From: a virus
Taxonomy: Duplodnaviria; Caudoviricetes
Direction: 5' to 3' (one strand)
IMG/VR virus record: IMGVR_UViG_3300020201_000022
Location: 1 to 55,764 of that record
DNA length: 55,764 bases
Both the position numbers and the translations under genes were made by a program. This document shows, one piece after another, positions 1 through 10,192 of this stretch; position 1 is the first letter of the stretch; the number at the start of each line of letters is the position of its first letter. The notes under the pieces are model-generated. The model saw only the letters and a list, made by a program, of their open reading frames with translations, was not told where the DNA came from and did no database searches.

Positions 1-190
1 TCAGTCGCGTGAGATTGTCACGATGTCGCGCTTCATCGCGCTCAACTCGCGCGAAGGTGCATCGCTCCAGAAGGATTGGACCTCCGGCTTCCTAAAGCCA
101 ATTGACGCTAAACTCTCGCAACTCGTACAAGCCGGCGACGTGGCCGCGTACGCGCTCGCAATCACTGCGATTCAAAAGGGCTTGGTTCAG
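1..190 (+). repeat. Direct repeat of 47070-47259 (first 127 bp identical, then a diverged allele)
   Basis: Alignment by eye, offset 47069; first mismatch at 128/47197. Confidence 0.95.
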
Positions 191-193
191 TAA
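2..193 (+). CDS. 3' end of a secreted protein (allele of 46516-47271)
   Basis: QSREIVTMSRFIALNSREG...IQKGLVQ* matches the C-terminus of the 46516 ORF. Confidence 0.85.
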   Translation, partial: QSREIVTMSRFIALNSREGASLQKDWTSGFLKPIDAKLSQLVQAGDVAAYALAITAIQKGLVQ

Positions 194-208
194 GGGCTTG
201 GTTCAGTA

Positions 209-355
209 ATGGCACTCGCACCGGACTATCCCACGAATCAAACCGCTCACTACCTGGGCTTCCTTCAAGGCTTGATCTTGGTCGTGATGTTTAGTTGGCT
301 GGCGATTGAATGCGCTCGAGCGGAGCAACAGAAGCAAAAGCACGACGCGCACTAG
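209..355 (+). CDS. Small single-TM protein (48 aa, below ORF-track cutoff)
   Basis: ATG at 209; MALAPDYP...YLGFLQGLILVVMFSWLAI...HDAH*. Confidence 0.55.
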   Translation: MALAPDYPTNQTAHYLGFLQGLILVVMFSWLAIECARAEQQKQKHDAH

Positions 356-400
356 ATTCAATTTGGTGGCTCTTAAAACTCTAGGGAGAAGGTTAATGAT

Positions 401-730
401 GTGGAGTTTACAAAAACGGAAATCGTGTTCTACGTCGCGATGTTCATCGCGTCGGGATTTGCTTGCCTCGCGCGTATCTGGCGCGACAATGAGCATGCTG
501 ACGTTCGCACTGTTTTTGGTAGGTGCCTTAGTTCGGGGTTTCTCTCTTTTGGAGCTGTCGCTATTTGGATCGGTCGCAATCCCGATCCTGCTATTGGCAG
601 CGGCGCTTATTGGCTGGCGATTGCGACCCTAGTGGGTTATTGCTCGCGAGATATTCAAGATCAGATTTTGACTCGCGGGATTAGTTGGATGCTGGAAAAG
701 TTTAGCGGTCCCGACAATGCGGCAAAATAG
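401..730 (+). CDS. Holin-like membrane protein
   Basis: 109 aa, about three hydrophobic segments, GGAGAAGG upstream, lysis-module position. Confidence 0.55.
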   Translation: MEFTKTEIVFYVAMFIASGFACLARIWRDNEHADVRTVFGRCLSSGFLSFGAVAIWIGRNPDPAIGSGAYWLAIATLVGYCSRDIQDQILTRGISWMLEKFSGPDNAAK

Positions 731-741
731 CAGGTAATGCA

Positions 742-3441
742 ATGTTCCATGAGGCTATGATTCACCCGTTCAACCGCGCATTCGATAAGACTTTTCCGCG
801 AACGCTCGTTGGTTCGATCGGTGGTGTTGCACCGGCAGTATTTACACTCCAATCCAACGGACTGCTTTTTCGACCTTCAATGACTTCGTTAGCCGACTGG
901 GATAATGTAGAGGCTCCTTGGGCAGCAGTTACAAGGGATGCTTTCCTTTCGGAGGGCATGATCGACAGGACGGTAGGTGACGCAAGATATGACTTTGGGC
1001 GAAGAAATCCAACGATACTGAAGGATGGCAATGACCTTTACTGCTTGACGAATGATTATCCGGCTACTGCACCATCCCTAAACTACATAACTCGCTCAAC
1101 AGATATGGGGCGAACATGGATTGAGATGGGGCAAACATCCGAGGCAAACGCGAAGATTGCAGGCGGATCGTGGGCTGGTTGTGCGTGCCCTGGATCGCTC
1201 AATAAGTGGGGGTCAGACTATCATTTCCATCGGGTTTTGACCGACACGACAGGGGGCTTTCCTCCTTACTCATGGGATATATGGTCGGCGACGGAGTTGC
1301 AAGTTCTTTCAGCAGGCAAGTATGGTAATTGGTCGGCGGTTCGCAATCAGCCAGCGGGTACAGGATGGGCAGAAACTAGCCTACTGCCGGGCGCAACACT
1401 TTTGCATTCAGGCACTTACTATCATTTTGCCCAGTCGTATGCAGCAGGCTGGACAATAGGGATAATGTCCGGCAGTTCTGCTAGTGGTCCGTTTACTCAG
1501 TTGGGTGCTACTGCTTTATTTGATTCGACTAATTTCCCAGCTAGCCGCCAGCCAGAAAATCCGCGTTGCTTTTTTCATCCAGGGTTAGGCAAGTTTGTGA
1601 TGCTTGTCAATTTAGTCAATGGTGATTTTACGGACTCCAGTGCGGTGATTGTCGGTACAAGTGACCCAACTAACTGGACTGGTGCGTCGATAGAAATCTT
1701 TGCATTTGTTTCGGCTACCCACGGAACGCGGAACATAGGTACGTCGAGCCATCTTTGTGGGCCGAGTAATGAGCTTATCTATAATGAAGCGTCCAATGAT
1801 ATTCTTGCTATGTACGATACGGACGCAATCAGCGCATCACCTGGATGGCATATCGGTAGGCGAATCGTGCCTGCAACATTGCGATACAGTGCGGGTGAAT
1901 ACACACTTAGCGGAGGTTCATTTAAGACACTGAAGAAAACAGTCTCGCACACGGACGTATGTATTGAAGCCGATGTAAAGTTTACCGCTGCATCTGGTAA
2001 TAGTATGGGCTTTCAGTTCCGTATGACTGGGGCCAATGGATACGCGGTTGCGGTCCGAGATAACGCAACAGTCGTACTTTATGATGCTGCGTATAACGTC
2101 ATCGAGATTGGTACAGGAACTGGGCCGACTCTTAACGTTTACAATCGCGTCAAAATACTTGCGGTAGGAACATCAATTAAAGTTTGGCTGAACGGTGTTT
2201 TGCAAGTAAACGTAACAAATGCAACCTATGCAAGCGGAACATCTGTTTGGGTGTACATGAATTCCGTAGCTGGTTCCCTACGAAATGTAAACGTCAGTAG
2301 TTCTGACAGTATTACAATTACAGGACTTTCGCCACGGCAAGTAATTGCATTACGTGATGTAGGCAATTTTTGCTCAAATGAAATAGTAGCTAATGGTGCT
2401 GGCGTTGCAACTGGGGTGATGATTGGGGACAGCACAGGATTACAGGCAGGCTCAACCATTCAATCAATTACGACTTCGCCTGGAGACTCCATAGAGATTA
2501 CTGGCGTGGTTGCGTTGCCAGTCGTAACGTCTGGATCAGTAATAGCAGGCTTTGACGGAATTGCAACATGCTCCATGTCCGCCACTGGTGCCTCTACCTA
2601 CCGATGGCAGAAAAAGGAAAGCGGAGTATGGCGTAACATTGTTAGCTCAAATGCAAATCCGTTTATTTTCAACTTTGAGGCTCAAGATTCCACGTTTTTA
2701 TATCGCGGAATCGCCTCAAACGCAAACGGCTCGATAGCGACTGAGGAAATTACATTTGCATTAGCTGCTCCGCCAGTCGCACCGCAATTAAAACTGCACT
2801 CTATAGTAGGTGTATTTGTCGAACGAACTGCACCTACTACGCTAGCTACAATAGGAGATAGAGTTGGTACGTGGAGAGACTCCACAAACTCATTCGACTT
2901 CGCCTCACCCAACGACAGCAATCGCGGGGTGTTAAACGCAAGAGGATTATTGACGGACGTTACCTCGATTTACATGGAGAACGCTTCGATAAGCGTTGCT
3001 CAAAACAAGTCGGCTTTTACTTTGTTTACGGAAATAGGTAAGTCAGTTGCGGGTAGTGCAAATAATATTGCTATTCGTCAAATAGATGTACTTGGTGTGC
3101 AGTGGTACAACGGTGATGTGTACGTCTACGCTGGCACAGGTTCTGCCTACGCTGCTGGGATGGGTACGCTAAGCAACTATCTGATTAGCGTGGTGTTCGA
3201 TGGAACGCTAACCGGCAACGCTAATAGACTAAAGATGTATATTGACGGAGTGCAGCAAACACTCACTTTCGCCGCTACCATACCGGCTTCTACGGCGAAC
3301 ACCGCAGGGCTGATAATTGGGGATGCTGTAGGCTCAATTGGAACAGCTCCATGGGTCGGATGGATTAAGAATATAATGCTTTACGACACAGCACTAAGCA
3401 GCGTTAATCGTGCTGCAATCGAAGATTATTTAGGTTATTAG
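742..3441 (+). CDS. Multidomain carbohydrate-active virion/receptor-binding protein (beta-propeller GH-like, DUF1080-like, Ig-like, LamG/ConA-like)
   Basis: NPTIL, Asp-box SxDxGxTW, SGPF and ENP motifs; WLNGVLQ; TYRWQK; KMYIDG...IKNIMLYDTALS. Confidence 0.6.
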   Translation: MFHEAMIHPFNRAFDKTFPRTLVGSIGGVAPAVFTLQSNGLLFRPSMTSLADWDNVEAPWAAVTRDAFLSEGMIDRTVGDARYDFGRRNPTILKDGNDLYCLTNDYPATAPSLNYITRSTDMGRTWIEMGQTSEANAKIAGGSWAGCACPGSLNKWGSDYHFHRVLTDTTGGFPPYSWDIWSATELQVLSAGKYGNWSAVRNQPAGTGWAETSLLPGATLLHSGTYYHFAQSYAAGWTIGIMSGSSASGPFTQLGATALFDSTNFPASRQPENPRCFFHPGLGKFVMLVNLVNGDFTDSSAVIVGTSDPTNWTGASIEIFAFVSATHGTRNIGTSSHLCGPSNELIYNEASNDILAMYDTDAISASPGWHIGRRIVPATLRYSAGEYTLSGGSFKTLKKTVSHTDVCIEADVKFTAASGNSMGFQFRMTGANGYAVAVRDNATVVLYDAAYNVIEIGTGTGPTLNVYNRVKILAVGTSIKVWLNGVLQVNVTNATYASGTSVWVYMNSVAGSLRNVNVSSSDSITITGLSPRQVIALRDVGNFCSNEIVANGAGVATGVMIGDSTGLQAGSTIQSITTSPGDSIEITGVVALPVVTSGSVIAGFDGIATCSMSATGASTYRWQKKESGVWRNIVSSNANPFIFNFEAQDSTFLYRGIASNANGSIATEEITFALAAPPVAPQLKLHSIVGVFVERTAPTTLATIGDRVGTWRDSTNSFDFASPNDSNRGVLNARGLLTDVTSIYMENASISVAQNKSAFTLFTEIGKSVAGSANNIAIRQIDVLGVQWYNGDVYVYAGTGSAYAAGMGTLSNYLISVVFDGTLTGNANRLKMYIDGVQQTLTFAATIPASTANTAGLIIGDAVGSIGTAPWVGWIKNIMLYDTALSSVNRAAIEDYLGY

Positions 3442-3473
3442 TATTTCAGGACTAATCGAGATAAGGGAACAAC

Positions 3474-3719
3474 ATGGCAGCAGTAGCAATCACGACTACG
3501 ACTCAAGACATTGCTGGCGACTTCGACATAGTTGTACGGGGCAACCCGACCGACTGGACGAACGTTATTTTGCAAAAAGCACTAGGGGCGGGCGGAGCGA
3601 ACTTTATAACGTGCAAGGTTCTTGGCGGGCAAGGTCATCACTTCGTCAAAAACACAGGCAGCAACGCTTACAAATTACTAACGGCTGTCACTGGCGTAAC
3701 AATTGAATTTAACCAGTAG
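3474..3719 (+). CDS. Small beta-rich hypothetical virion protein
   Basis: 81-aa ORF with AAGGGA RBS directly after the 899-aa gene. Confidence 0.6.
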   Translation: MAAVAITTTTQDIAGDFDIVVRGNPTDWTNVILQKALGAGGANFITCKVLGGQGHHFVKNTGSNAYKLLTAVTGVTIEFNQ

Positions 3720-3777
3720 GCTCGGACGCAACTCTTTGTAAGGGTTTCGCCCGGAGTAAGAAAACACAGGCTTCACC

Positions 3778-4188
3778 TTGGCTATTCCGACAGATTACAC
3801 GCAAGAGCAAATTGAGTTCGCGCTGCGAGAGTGTGGTGGCTACCTCACTGGCGTAGCGAAGATGCTCGGCACGACCTACGAAGCGATTCGCTTGCACATT
3901 CGCAACAACGCGGACTTGCACATGGCGCAGTTGGACTACCGCGAAGAGTTGCTTGACACAGCCGAAAAAGGATTGCGTAAGGCAGTCTTCGCTGAGAAGC
4001 CTTGGGCTATAAAATTCGTATTGGCAAGACTAGGGAAGGGTCGAGGCTATGGGCAGACAATCGAGATCGACATACCTGCTGATAGCGCTAGTCGCGTGGT
4101 GGTGTACCTCCCTGACGATGGACGCGAAAGCAAACCAGATGGAAGTACGACCGCAACCAGGACCGCAGGTAACAGCGTTACAGAGTAG
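3778..4188 (+). CDS. Terminase small subunit (HTH type)
   Basis: N-terminal HTH (GYLTGVAKMLG), LLDTAE...AIKFVL...GKGRGY, overlaps terL. Confidence 0.7.
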   Translation: MAIPTDYTQEQIEFALRECGGYLTGVAKMLGTTYEAIRLHIRNNADLHMAQLDYREELLDTAEKGLRKAVFAEKPWAIKFVLARLGKGRGYGQTIEIDIPADSASRVVVYLPDDGRESKPDGSTTATRTAGNSVTE

Positions 4189-5617
4189 CGCGGACATTCT
4201 GATTTACGGCGGTCAAGCTGGTGGCGGAAAGACCTGGTTGCTTTGCGCGGAGCCGTTGAGACGCATTCACAACGCGGGCTTCCGCGCGATAATCTTCCGC
4301 CGAACCTATCCGCAAATCATGGGTGGTGGTGGCATCTGGGAAGAAGCCAACGCGCTCTATCGACCACTGAAAGCGAAGATGCGCGAAGGCGATAAACTTG
4401 ACGCTGCTTTTCCAAGCGGTGCGACGGTCAAGTTCGGTCACCTTCAGCACGAAAAAACTAAGTACGACCATCAAGGTAAACAATACACGCTGATAGCGTT
4501 CGATGAGTTGACGCACTTCACTGAATCCCAGTTTTTCTACCTACTCTCGAGGAATCGATCTACGTGCGGGTTCAAGCCGTACGTACGGGCAACGTGCAAT
4601 CCCGATGCAGGTTCATGGGTCGCTGGCTTTATTTCGTGGTGGATTGGTGACGATGGATACCCGATCGCGGAACGAACTGGGGCGCTGCGATACTTCGTTC
4701 GGCATGAAGACGACACGCTTGATTGGGGCGACTCGAAGGAAGAGTTGATCGAGCGTCACCCGCTAATCACAACGGACCTAATTCTTAGCGTTACCTTCGT
4801 GCCAGCAACGCTCGACGATAACAAGATCCTGATGGAGAAGGATCCAGGATACAAAGCCAAGTTGATGAGTATGCCGCGCGTCGAGCGTATGCGATTGCTG
4901 GGCGGTAACTGGCGGATCAGCGAGGGCTCAATTATCGATTTGGAATGGCTTAGTCGTCGTTTCTCGATAGATGATGGCCACTACGTCATTTCTTACCAGG
5001 GGAATGTTTATCGTGTTCCACAATCGAAATGCAGACGTATTGCGACGGTTGACACGGCGGGCACAAGCAAGGAAAAGGCGGCAGCGGCCAAGCAGGGCAA
5101 GCAGCCAAGCAATTCAGCGTGCGCGGTGTGGGATCACTTACCAAGCTGGACGTTTTCGCATGAAGGTCGCCAGGAAACTCTCCGCAATCTGCTATTCCTG
5201 AGATACGTCTACGCGGCAAAGGTCGATTGGCCTAAACTACGCGTCGACATACCGGAAGTGTTGAAAGCGTGGAACGTACAACGCTGCTTCATCGAAAATG
5301 CTCATCATGGTCAACCCTTGCAGCACGAAATTAAATGCTGCTCAAGGGAACTTGTCGGGCCTGTGATACCAGGGATGGGTGACACAAGCTCAGGCGCAAA
5401 GTTAGAACGCGCGGTCGCTAGTGGGATGCTCAGTCGGATTGAATTTGGGCAACTATTTCTGCCCCATGATCCTGAACCGTGGGTACCTGATTACGTTCGA
5501 GAACTGACGACCTGGACCGGCTTGCCGGATGAACCAGCAGACAGAATCGACGTGACCAGCTACGCGTGCTACGTCACGAAGGCGGGCGGTAAGGCATGGG
5601 GAGGAGTTCTAACTTGA
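4139..5617 (+). CDS. terL: Terminase large subunit (likely start ATG 4139)
   Basis: PQPGPQ, Walker A GGQAGGGKT, Walker B FDELTHF, ATCNP, nuclease D motifs (VDTA, DRID). Confidence 0.95.
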   Translation: MEVRPQPGPQVTALQSSADILIYGGQAGGGKTWLLCAEPLRRIHNAGFRAIIFRRTYPQIMGGGGIWEEANALYRPLKAKMREGDKLDAAFPSGATVKFGHLQHEKTKYDHQGKQYTLIAFDELTHFTESQFFYLLSRNRSTCGFKPYVRATCNPDAGSWVAGFISWWIGDDGYPIAERTGALRYFVRHEDDTLDWGDSKEELIERHPLITTDLILSVTFVPATLDDNKILMEKDPGYKAKLMSMPRVERMRLLGGNWRISEGSIIDLEWLSRRFSIDDGHYVISYQGNVYRVPQSKCRRIATVDTAGTSKEKAAAAKQGKQPSNSACAVWDHLPSWTFSHEGRQETLRNLLFLRYVYAAKVDWPKLRVDIPEVLKAWNVQRCFIENAHHGQPLQHEIKCCSRELVGPVIPGMGDTSSGAKLERAVASGMLSRIEFGQLFLPHDPEPWVPDYVRELTTWTGLPDEPADRIDVTSYACYVTKAGGKAWGGVLT

Positions 5618-6021
5618 GAAAAAAGGGCAAGCCAGTGACCACCGAACAACGCAGCATGTTACCCACCATGCCGATTGAAGGACCAAAAAACAACTTCGTC
5701 GCGCATCGTGATGATCCAATGCTCTCAATGAGCGAAGCCGGTCGCTTGATCGGTCGCACTCATACCACCATTCGGCGTTGGATTGACGATGGCTTGATCG
5801 ATGCTGTGCGCGATGTTCGTGGATTGAGGCGCGTTCGCAAAAGTGAACTGATTCGGTTTACTGGCGTGACGGCGTTCGCGCGTAAGTCGCCTTACTTCTG
5901 GTTGCAGGAATCAGAATTGCCCGATGGCTATGTTTACGTCGATGGCGAGTATCCAAGCGTTCGTGAAATTGACACACTGAAGTATTACCCAGTCCCATTG
6001 CTAGAGACTAAATATGGCTAA
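5596..6021 (+). CDS. Excisionase/MerR-like HTH DNA-binding protein
   Basis: LSMSEAGRLIGRTHTTIRRWIDDG..A...G.RRV. Confidence 0.75.
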   Translation: MGRSSNLRKKGKPVTTEQRSMLPTMPIEGPKNNFVAHRDDPMLSMSEAGRLIGRTHTTIRRWIDDGLIDAVRDVRGLRRVRKSELIRFTGVTAFARKSPYFWLQESELPDGYVYVDGEYPSVREIDTLKYYPVPLLETKYG

Positions 6022-7123
6022 GCTAAAATTTATCGGTATCGCGCAGTCGGTGTCACAAATCGACGTGGTGACCCTCGGCGGAACGTGGGCCGCAGGTGAA
6101 AAAGCTCGCTTGACCATCAATGGCAAGTTCGTTGAATACACTGCGATTGTGGCCGACACCCCGGCTTTAGTTGCGGTTGGACTTGCGGCGGCCGCAGCGG
6201 CTTCAACGGCTGGCGAGTTCCGAGAGATTGCTTTCACTCGCGTTACCACAACGGTCATTGGAACCAGCATTGCAGGCACACCGTTCACGATGACCGTATC
6301 GGAGGACTCAGCTAGCGGAACGATCGGCACGTCGACAACGCAGGCGGCGACCGGTCCGAACCATTGGAACAATGCCGCAAACTGGTCAACCGCGGTGGTG
6401 CCGACCACAGCCGACGAGGTGTTCGTTGAAGCCTCCAGTGTGGCGATCCGTTATGGCTTCCCAACTGCTTTAGTGCTTGCCAAGTTCGTGCAATCCGCGG
6501 GAGCCGTTGGATTGCCCGACACCAACTCCGCAGGGTTCGAGGAGTACCGAGCAAAGTATCTGACGATCAGCGCGGCTATCGTTTCGGTCGACGGCGGAAC
6601 GCTCAGTCGCATCAGTACGGAATCGGTAACGAGTGTGATCACGTCACAGTCTCGCAACGCAGTGGACGTGAAGGTAAATCATGCTACCGCTCAAGTTCAC
6701 GCAATGGCCGGTGTGGTGCGCGTTGTTCCTTCCGATGCTGAGACCGGTCAAGCGGCTACGATTCGCTGCGCGGAGAATGCGCGGCTCGAGATCGGTGCCG
6801 GTGTGACAGTCGGAACAGTGCTGTCAGCCGGGATTTCAACGATTCGCGGAACGATCACAACGCTGACTGTGGAGGGCGGCGAGTGCAAGTTCCAAGGCGT
6901 TCTGACGACCGCAAACGTCAAGGGCGGAACGATGTACTACGAATCCGGCTCGACGATTACCACGGTCAATTTGAGCGAGCTGGGGCTCTTTGAATGTCGA
7001 ACGGACATTCGCGCTAAGACGGTCACGACTTTCAATATGACGGGCGGGCGATTGAGCAACCCGCATCGCGTGATCACATTTACGAACTTCCAGCCGGATA
7101 CGGACATGTTGCAGGCGGGGTAG
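6014..7123 (+). CDS. Putative virion beta-helix protein
   Basis: Thr/Gly/Val-rich, WNNAANWS..VP...DEV motif, repetitive beta-strand C-terminus. Confidence 0.5.
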   Translation: MAKLKFIGIAQSVSQIDVVTLGGTWAAGEKARLTINGKFVEYTAIVADTPALVAVGLAAAAAASTAGEFREIAFTRVTTTVIGTSIAGTPFTMTVSEDSASGTIGTSTTQAATGPNHWNNAANWSTAVVPTTADEVFVEASSVAIRYGFPTALVLAKFVQSAGAVGLPDTNSAGFEEYRAKYLTISAAIVSVDGGTLSRISTESVTSVITSQSRNAVDVKVNHATAQVHAMAGVVRVVPSDAETGQAATIRCAENARLEIGAGVTVGTVLSAGISTIRGTITTLTVEGGECKFQGVLTTANVKGGTMYYESGSTITTVNLSELGLFECRTDIRAKTVTTFNMTGGRLSNPHRVITFTNFQPDTDMLQAG

Positions 7124-7195
7124 GAGGTAGGGTATTCGTAGGGTATTCGTAGGGGCTCGATGTTCGCGCTCGATGTTCGCGCGAACTTTGCCTTG

Positions 7196-7516
7196 CTATC
7201 GGGATGACCATTTGGCGAAAAACTCGTCAATTAAAGGCAACAACGTTCTTTTGCGCCTAAACTCCCGGTGTTCCTTTAGCTGCTGCAACGTAAACCCTTC
7301 GTCTATCCTCTTTGCAACGTGATACAGCTCTCGCCGTACCTTCGATGCTTTTGTGATTCCATTAAAGTCACACCAGTCAAGAAATCTTACGCCTGGGTTG
7401 TATCCTGATGTCATACCGGTGTGCGGCATTTCGCCAGGAAGATTTTCAACCATCTTTTCGAGTTCGTCTAATTTCGCTCGCATGACATTGATAGCCGCAA
7501 TTAAGTCGTTTGCCAT
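7196..7516 (-). CDS. Hypothetical protein
   Basis: 106-aa ORF; shares its start region with the 7520-7714 gene. Confidence 0.6.
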   Translation of the reverse strand: MANDLIAAINVMRAKLDELEKMVENLPGEMPHTGMTSGYNPGVRFLDWCDFNGITKASKVRRELYHVAKRIDEGFTLQQLKEHREFRRKRTLLPLIDEFFAKWSSR

Positions 7517-7519
7517 AAA

Positions 7520-7714
7520 TCATAGTTCCATTTCTGCGCCACCTATGCAGTCCCCACACATCCAGCCCGCGTGCCCATAGATGCCATTATCATAGTAGCT
7601 CAGGTCGTCACTGACTTCATCACATGCTGAACAAACCATGTCCTGTGGGCAATCATCTTCTGCGATTTGTTCAGCATTTTCAAGTTCATCAACCAATGGT
7701 AAGTCGTTTGCCAT
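7520..7714 (-). CDS. Small acidic CxxC...CxxC (Zn-finger-like) protein
   Basis: CSAC and CGDC motifs. Confidence 0.6.
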   Translation of the reverse strand: MANDLPLVDELENAEQIAEDDCPQDMVCSACDEVSDDLSYYDNGIYGHAGWMCGDCIGGAEMEL

Positions 7715-7859
7715 AAATCACCCGTTTGAAACATCTTGAACACATTGCGAGAGCTAAGGACCACCTGAGAATCGATCCAAGCTTCACTGGACGCGGACGC
7801 CAGCCACACGCCAGCCACACGCCAGATTGACTTCGTTCAAGATTTCTTTCCCGAAAAAG

Positions 7860-7897
7860 TGAATCTTTTGAACGTCCTGAACATCCTGAACGCATTC
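7860..7897 (+). promoter_or_regulatory. 9-bp-periodic TGAAnnnnn motif upstream of the head operon (copy at 44542-44579)
   Basis: tgaatcttt-tgaacgtcc-tgaacatcc-tgaacgcattc; one mismatch between the two copies. Confidence 0.55.
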
Positions 7898-7945
7898 TAC
7901 AGCGCCGGCTATTGAAGTTCATCTGGGCGATGCAATGCTCAGTGC

Positions 7946-9337
7946 ATGGAAGGTGAATTTGCCAAAACGATGTTAAAGGTAGGAACCTATCACAGCCCTG
8001 ATGGCGTTGTGACAGTCACTCCTGAACGCCTCAAACATTGGGAACGGCAGGTTAAGGCAATCCAGAGCGTAGGGTACGCGATTCCATCGCACTTTGATCA
8101 CTCGAACGATGAGGAGCTGCTGACACCAATCAGCGAATCCGAGTTGCGAGCCAAGCAAAGTCGATCAGCCAAGAGCACGGTCGGCAAACTGAAAAGCTTT
8201 CAAGTTTCGCCAGATGGTCAGAGTGCTGAAATCGTTCTCCATACGCTTGAGCCGAACGCAACCAGGTCAGTCGCAAGCAATTCGATATACGTTTCGCCCG
8301 TTGTCCATCCTGAATGGAAAGACGGTGCCGGTAACAGATACCGCGATGCACTTACTTCGTTCGATTTGGTGGATTGGCCCGTCGATCACAGCCAAAGCAG
8401 TTTCACACCGTTGGTTCGAATGGGGCAGAGAGTTTGTCCTGCAATCCGCATGGGTGCAGGCAAGCCGCATTTTTTGGAGCGTCAGCAGATGTCAACAGCC
8501 ACAGCAACCAAGAATCGATCGCAAGCCGCGCGTAAATCTCGATTCAAGGCAGCTCTAGCCGTTGGCTTAAAACGCATGGGAAGCGATGCGGAGCCAGAAG
8601 ACGACGAAGACGACGAAAAGCCTTATGACGCAAGCGCGTCCGATATGGCTGATTCTGGTGCGGATACGCCAACGCCAAGCGATGATGCTTCCCCTACTGA
8701 TACCATCGGCGCGGAAGAAGCCAGCGCACCCGATCTACTCGATAGCGTGCTTAATTTGCTCGGCGAGTACGGCGTGACCCTTCCAGACGACACTACCGAT
8801 ACAACTCTGATCAACCATCTGCGTGTAGCGCTCACTGCGTTACTCAGCAGCCAAGGCCAAGAAGAAGACGAGCTAGGCGACGAGCAAGGCATGGATCAAC
8901 AAGCCATGCCACAGCCGGTCGCACCGACGATTGCGACGATGAGCGTTCAGCAACGCAAAGCACTTGATCGAGCCGCAATTGCCGAACGTGCTTTGAAAGA
9001 GTACCAGCGCTCACGAACCACGGAACGCCTGGGCGGTCTGCTCAAGGCCGGTCGATGCACACCCGCCGAACACGATTCCATGCTTCGCAATCTTGGCACT
9101 GTCCGTATGTCGATGTCAGACGACGGGAGTTTCAAGCCAAACCGCGTCGATCATTTCCTCGAGGACCGCGAAAGCGTTCCTAACGGCACTTACTGGACTG
9201 ATCAACAGCGAACGCAGGCAATCGGTCAAAAGATGTCGGTGGTCGAACCTCCTGACGCGATTACCAGTGGTGGTGGTCGGTCGCACTCCGAATTCGCCGA
9301 AGCCGTCCGCGCTATCGGTGGCAATCCTGACGAATAG
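7946..9337 (+). CDS. Mu-like prohead protease/scaffold fusion
   Basis: G.Y...DG, P..FDH, YVSP, LVD.P motifs, then an acidic/coiled scaffold; lies before decoration and capsid genes. Confidence 0.75.
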   Translation: MEGEFAKTMLKVGTYHSPDGVVTVTPERLKHWERQVKAIQSVGYAIPSHFDHSNDEELLTPISESELRAKQSRSAKSTVGKLKSFQVSPDGQSAEIVLHTLEPNATRSVASNSIYVSPVVHPEWKDGAGNRYRDALTSFDLVDWPVDHSQSSFTPLVRMGQRVCPAIRMGAGKPHFLERQQMSTATATKNRSQAARKSRFKAALAVGLKRMGSDAEPEDDEDDEKPYDASASDMADSGADTPTPSDDASPTDTIGAEEASAPDLLDSVLNLLGEYGVTLPDDTTDTTLINHLRVALTALLSSQGQEEDELGDEQGMDQQAMPQPVAPTIATMSVQQRKALDRAAIAERALKEYQRSRTTERLGGLLKAGRCTPAEHDSMLRNLGTVRMSMSDDGSFKPNRVDHFLEDRESVPNGTYWTDQQRTQAIGQKMSVVEPPDAITSGGGRSHSEFAEAVRAIGGNPDE

Positions 9338-9355
9338 TTTTAGGACCAACTTACC

Positions 9356-10171
9356 ATGCTCAACCAACAGCTAGGTTCACCTGGCGTACGCGCCGCAGCG
9401 TTCACGACTACCCGCGAAATTTTCTGGGGTGGTGACGCTTCGCGGCAGAAGATCGCACGCGGACAAGGCCAATTCAGCAGCACTATGCGCGATGCTGGCA
9501 GTTCGCCTACAACGGAAGTTCGCTCAGGATTGTTGCTCGGAGCCCTGACTGCTGATACCAAGCTCGTCCACTGGGATCCGGCTGCAACTGACGGTAGCCA
9601 ATGGCTTCGCGGTGTTAACGAACACGAACTGGTTATGGTCGAAGGCTACTCGTCGACTGCCGCCGAACGCTTTGGACCATACGTTCTGCAAGCTCCCTTG
9701 CGAGCCGCATCGCTCTTGATTCTAGGCACTGCATTGACAAGCAGCGATCACCAATACCTCGCCCGTCGATTGCTCGCGCTATCCGGTAGCTTGCTGGACG
9801 ATGACCCGATGGGTTATCTGGCTGGCGTGAACCAACGCACGATTCTGAAGACCGTTACCGGCGCGATCACCGCAGCCGAAAACGGCTCTCAATTTATCGT
9901 GGTCGGTGCCGGCGCTGTAACGCTAACCCTGCCGGCGCTGGTTACTGGCCTCAATTATCGATTCGTCAACGCAGCCGGGCAAAACCTAATCGTCGCGTCA
10001 GTTGCCGGTGACGACATGGTTGTGCTCAACGATTTGTCTGCTGACTCGGTGACGTTCTCGACCGCGAACCAATTGATCGGCGCTGCGCTCGACGTTTGGA
10101 GCGAGTACGTCAACGGCACGCTCAAGTGGATCACCAACGTTCAAATCGGCACTGGCACGATCGCAACCTAA
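9356..10171 (+). CDS. Head decoration protein with C-terminal beta domain
   Basis: SGLLLG....K.V.WDPAATDGSQ...GV (lambda gpD-like); position before MCP. Confidence 0.7.
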   Translation: MLNQQLGSPGVRAAAFTTTREIFWGGDASRQKIARGQGQFSSTMRDAGSSPTTEVRSGLLLGALTADTKLVHWDPAATDGSQWLRGVNEHELVMVEGYSSTAAERFGPYVLQAPLRAASLLILGTALTSSDHQYLARRLLALSGSLLDDDPMGYLAGVNQRTILKTVTGAITAAENGSQFIVVGAGAVTLTLPALVTGLNYRFVNAAGQNLIVASVAGDDMVVLNDLSADSVTFSTANQLIGAALDVWSEYVNGTLKWITNVQIGTGTIAT

Positions 10172-10192
10172 CCCATAGCGGGTAATTGATTC

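Noticed and set aside
176-209. 16-bp tandem duplication at a gene end
   Set aside because: One of several slippage-type micro-duplications; no evident function.
4049-4138. Longer TerL start
   Set aside because: Overlaps terS; conserved sequence starts at ATG 4139.
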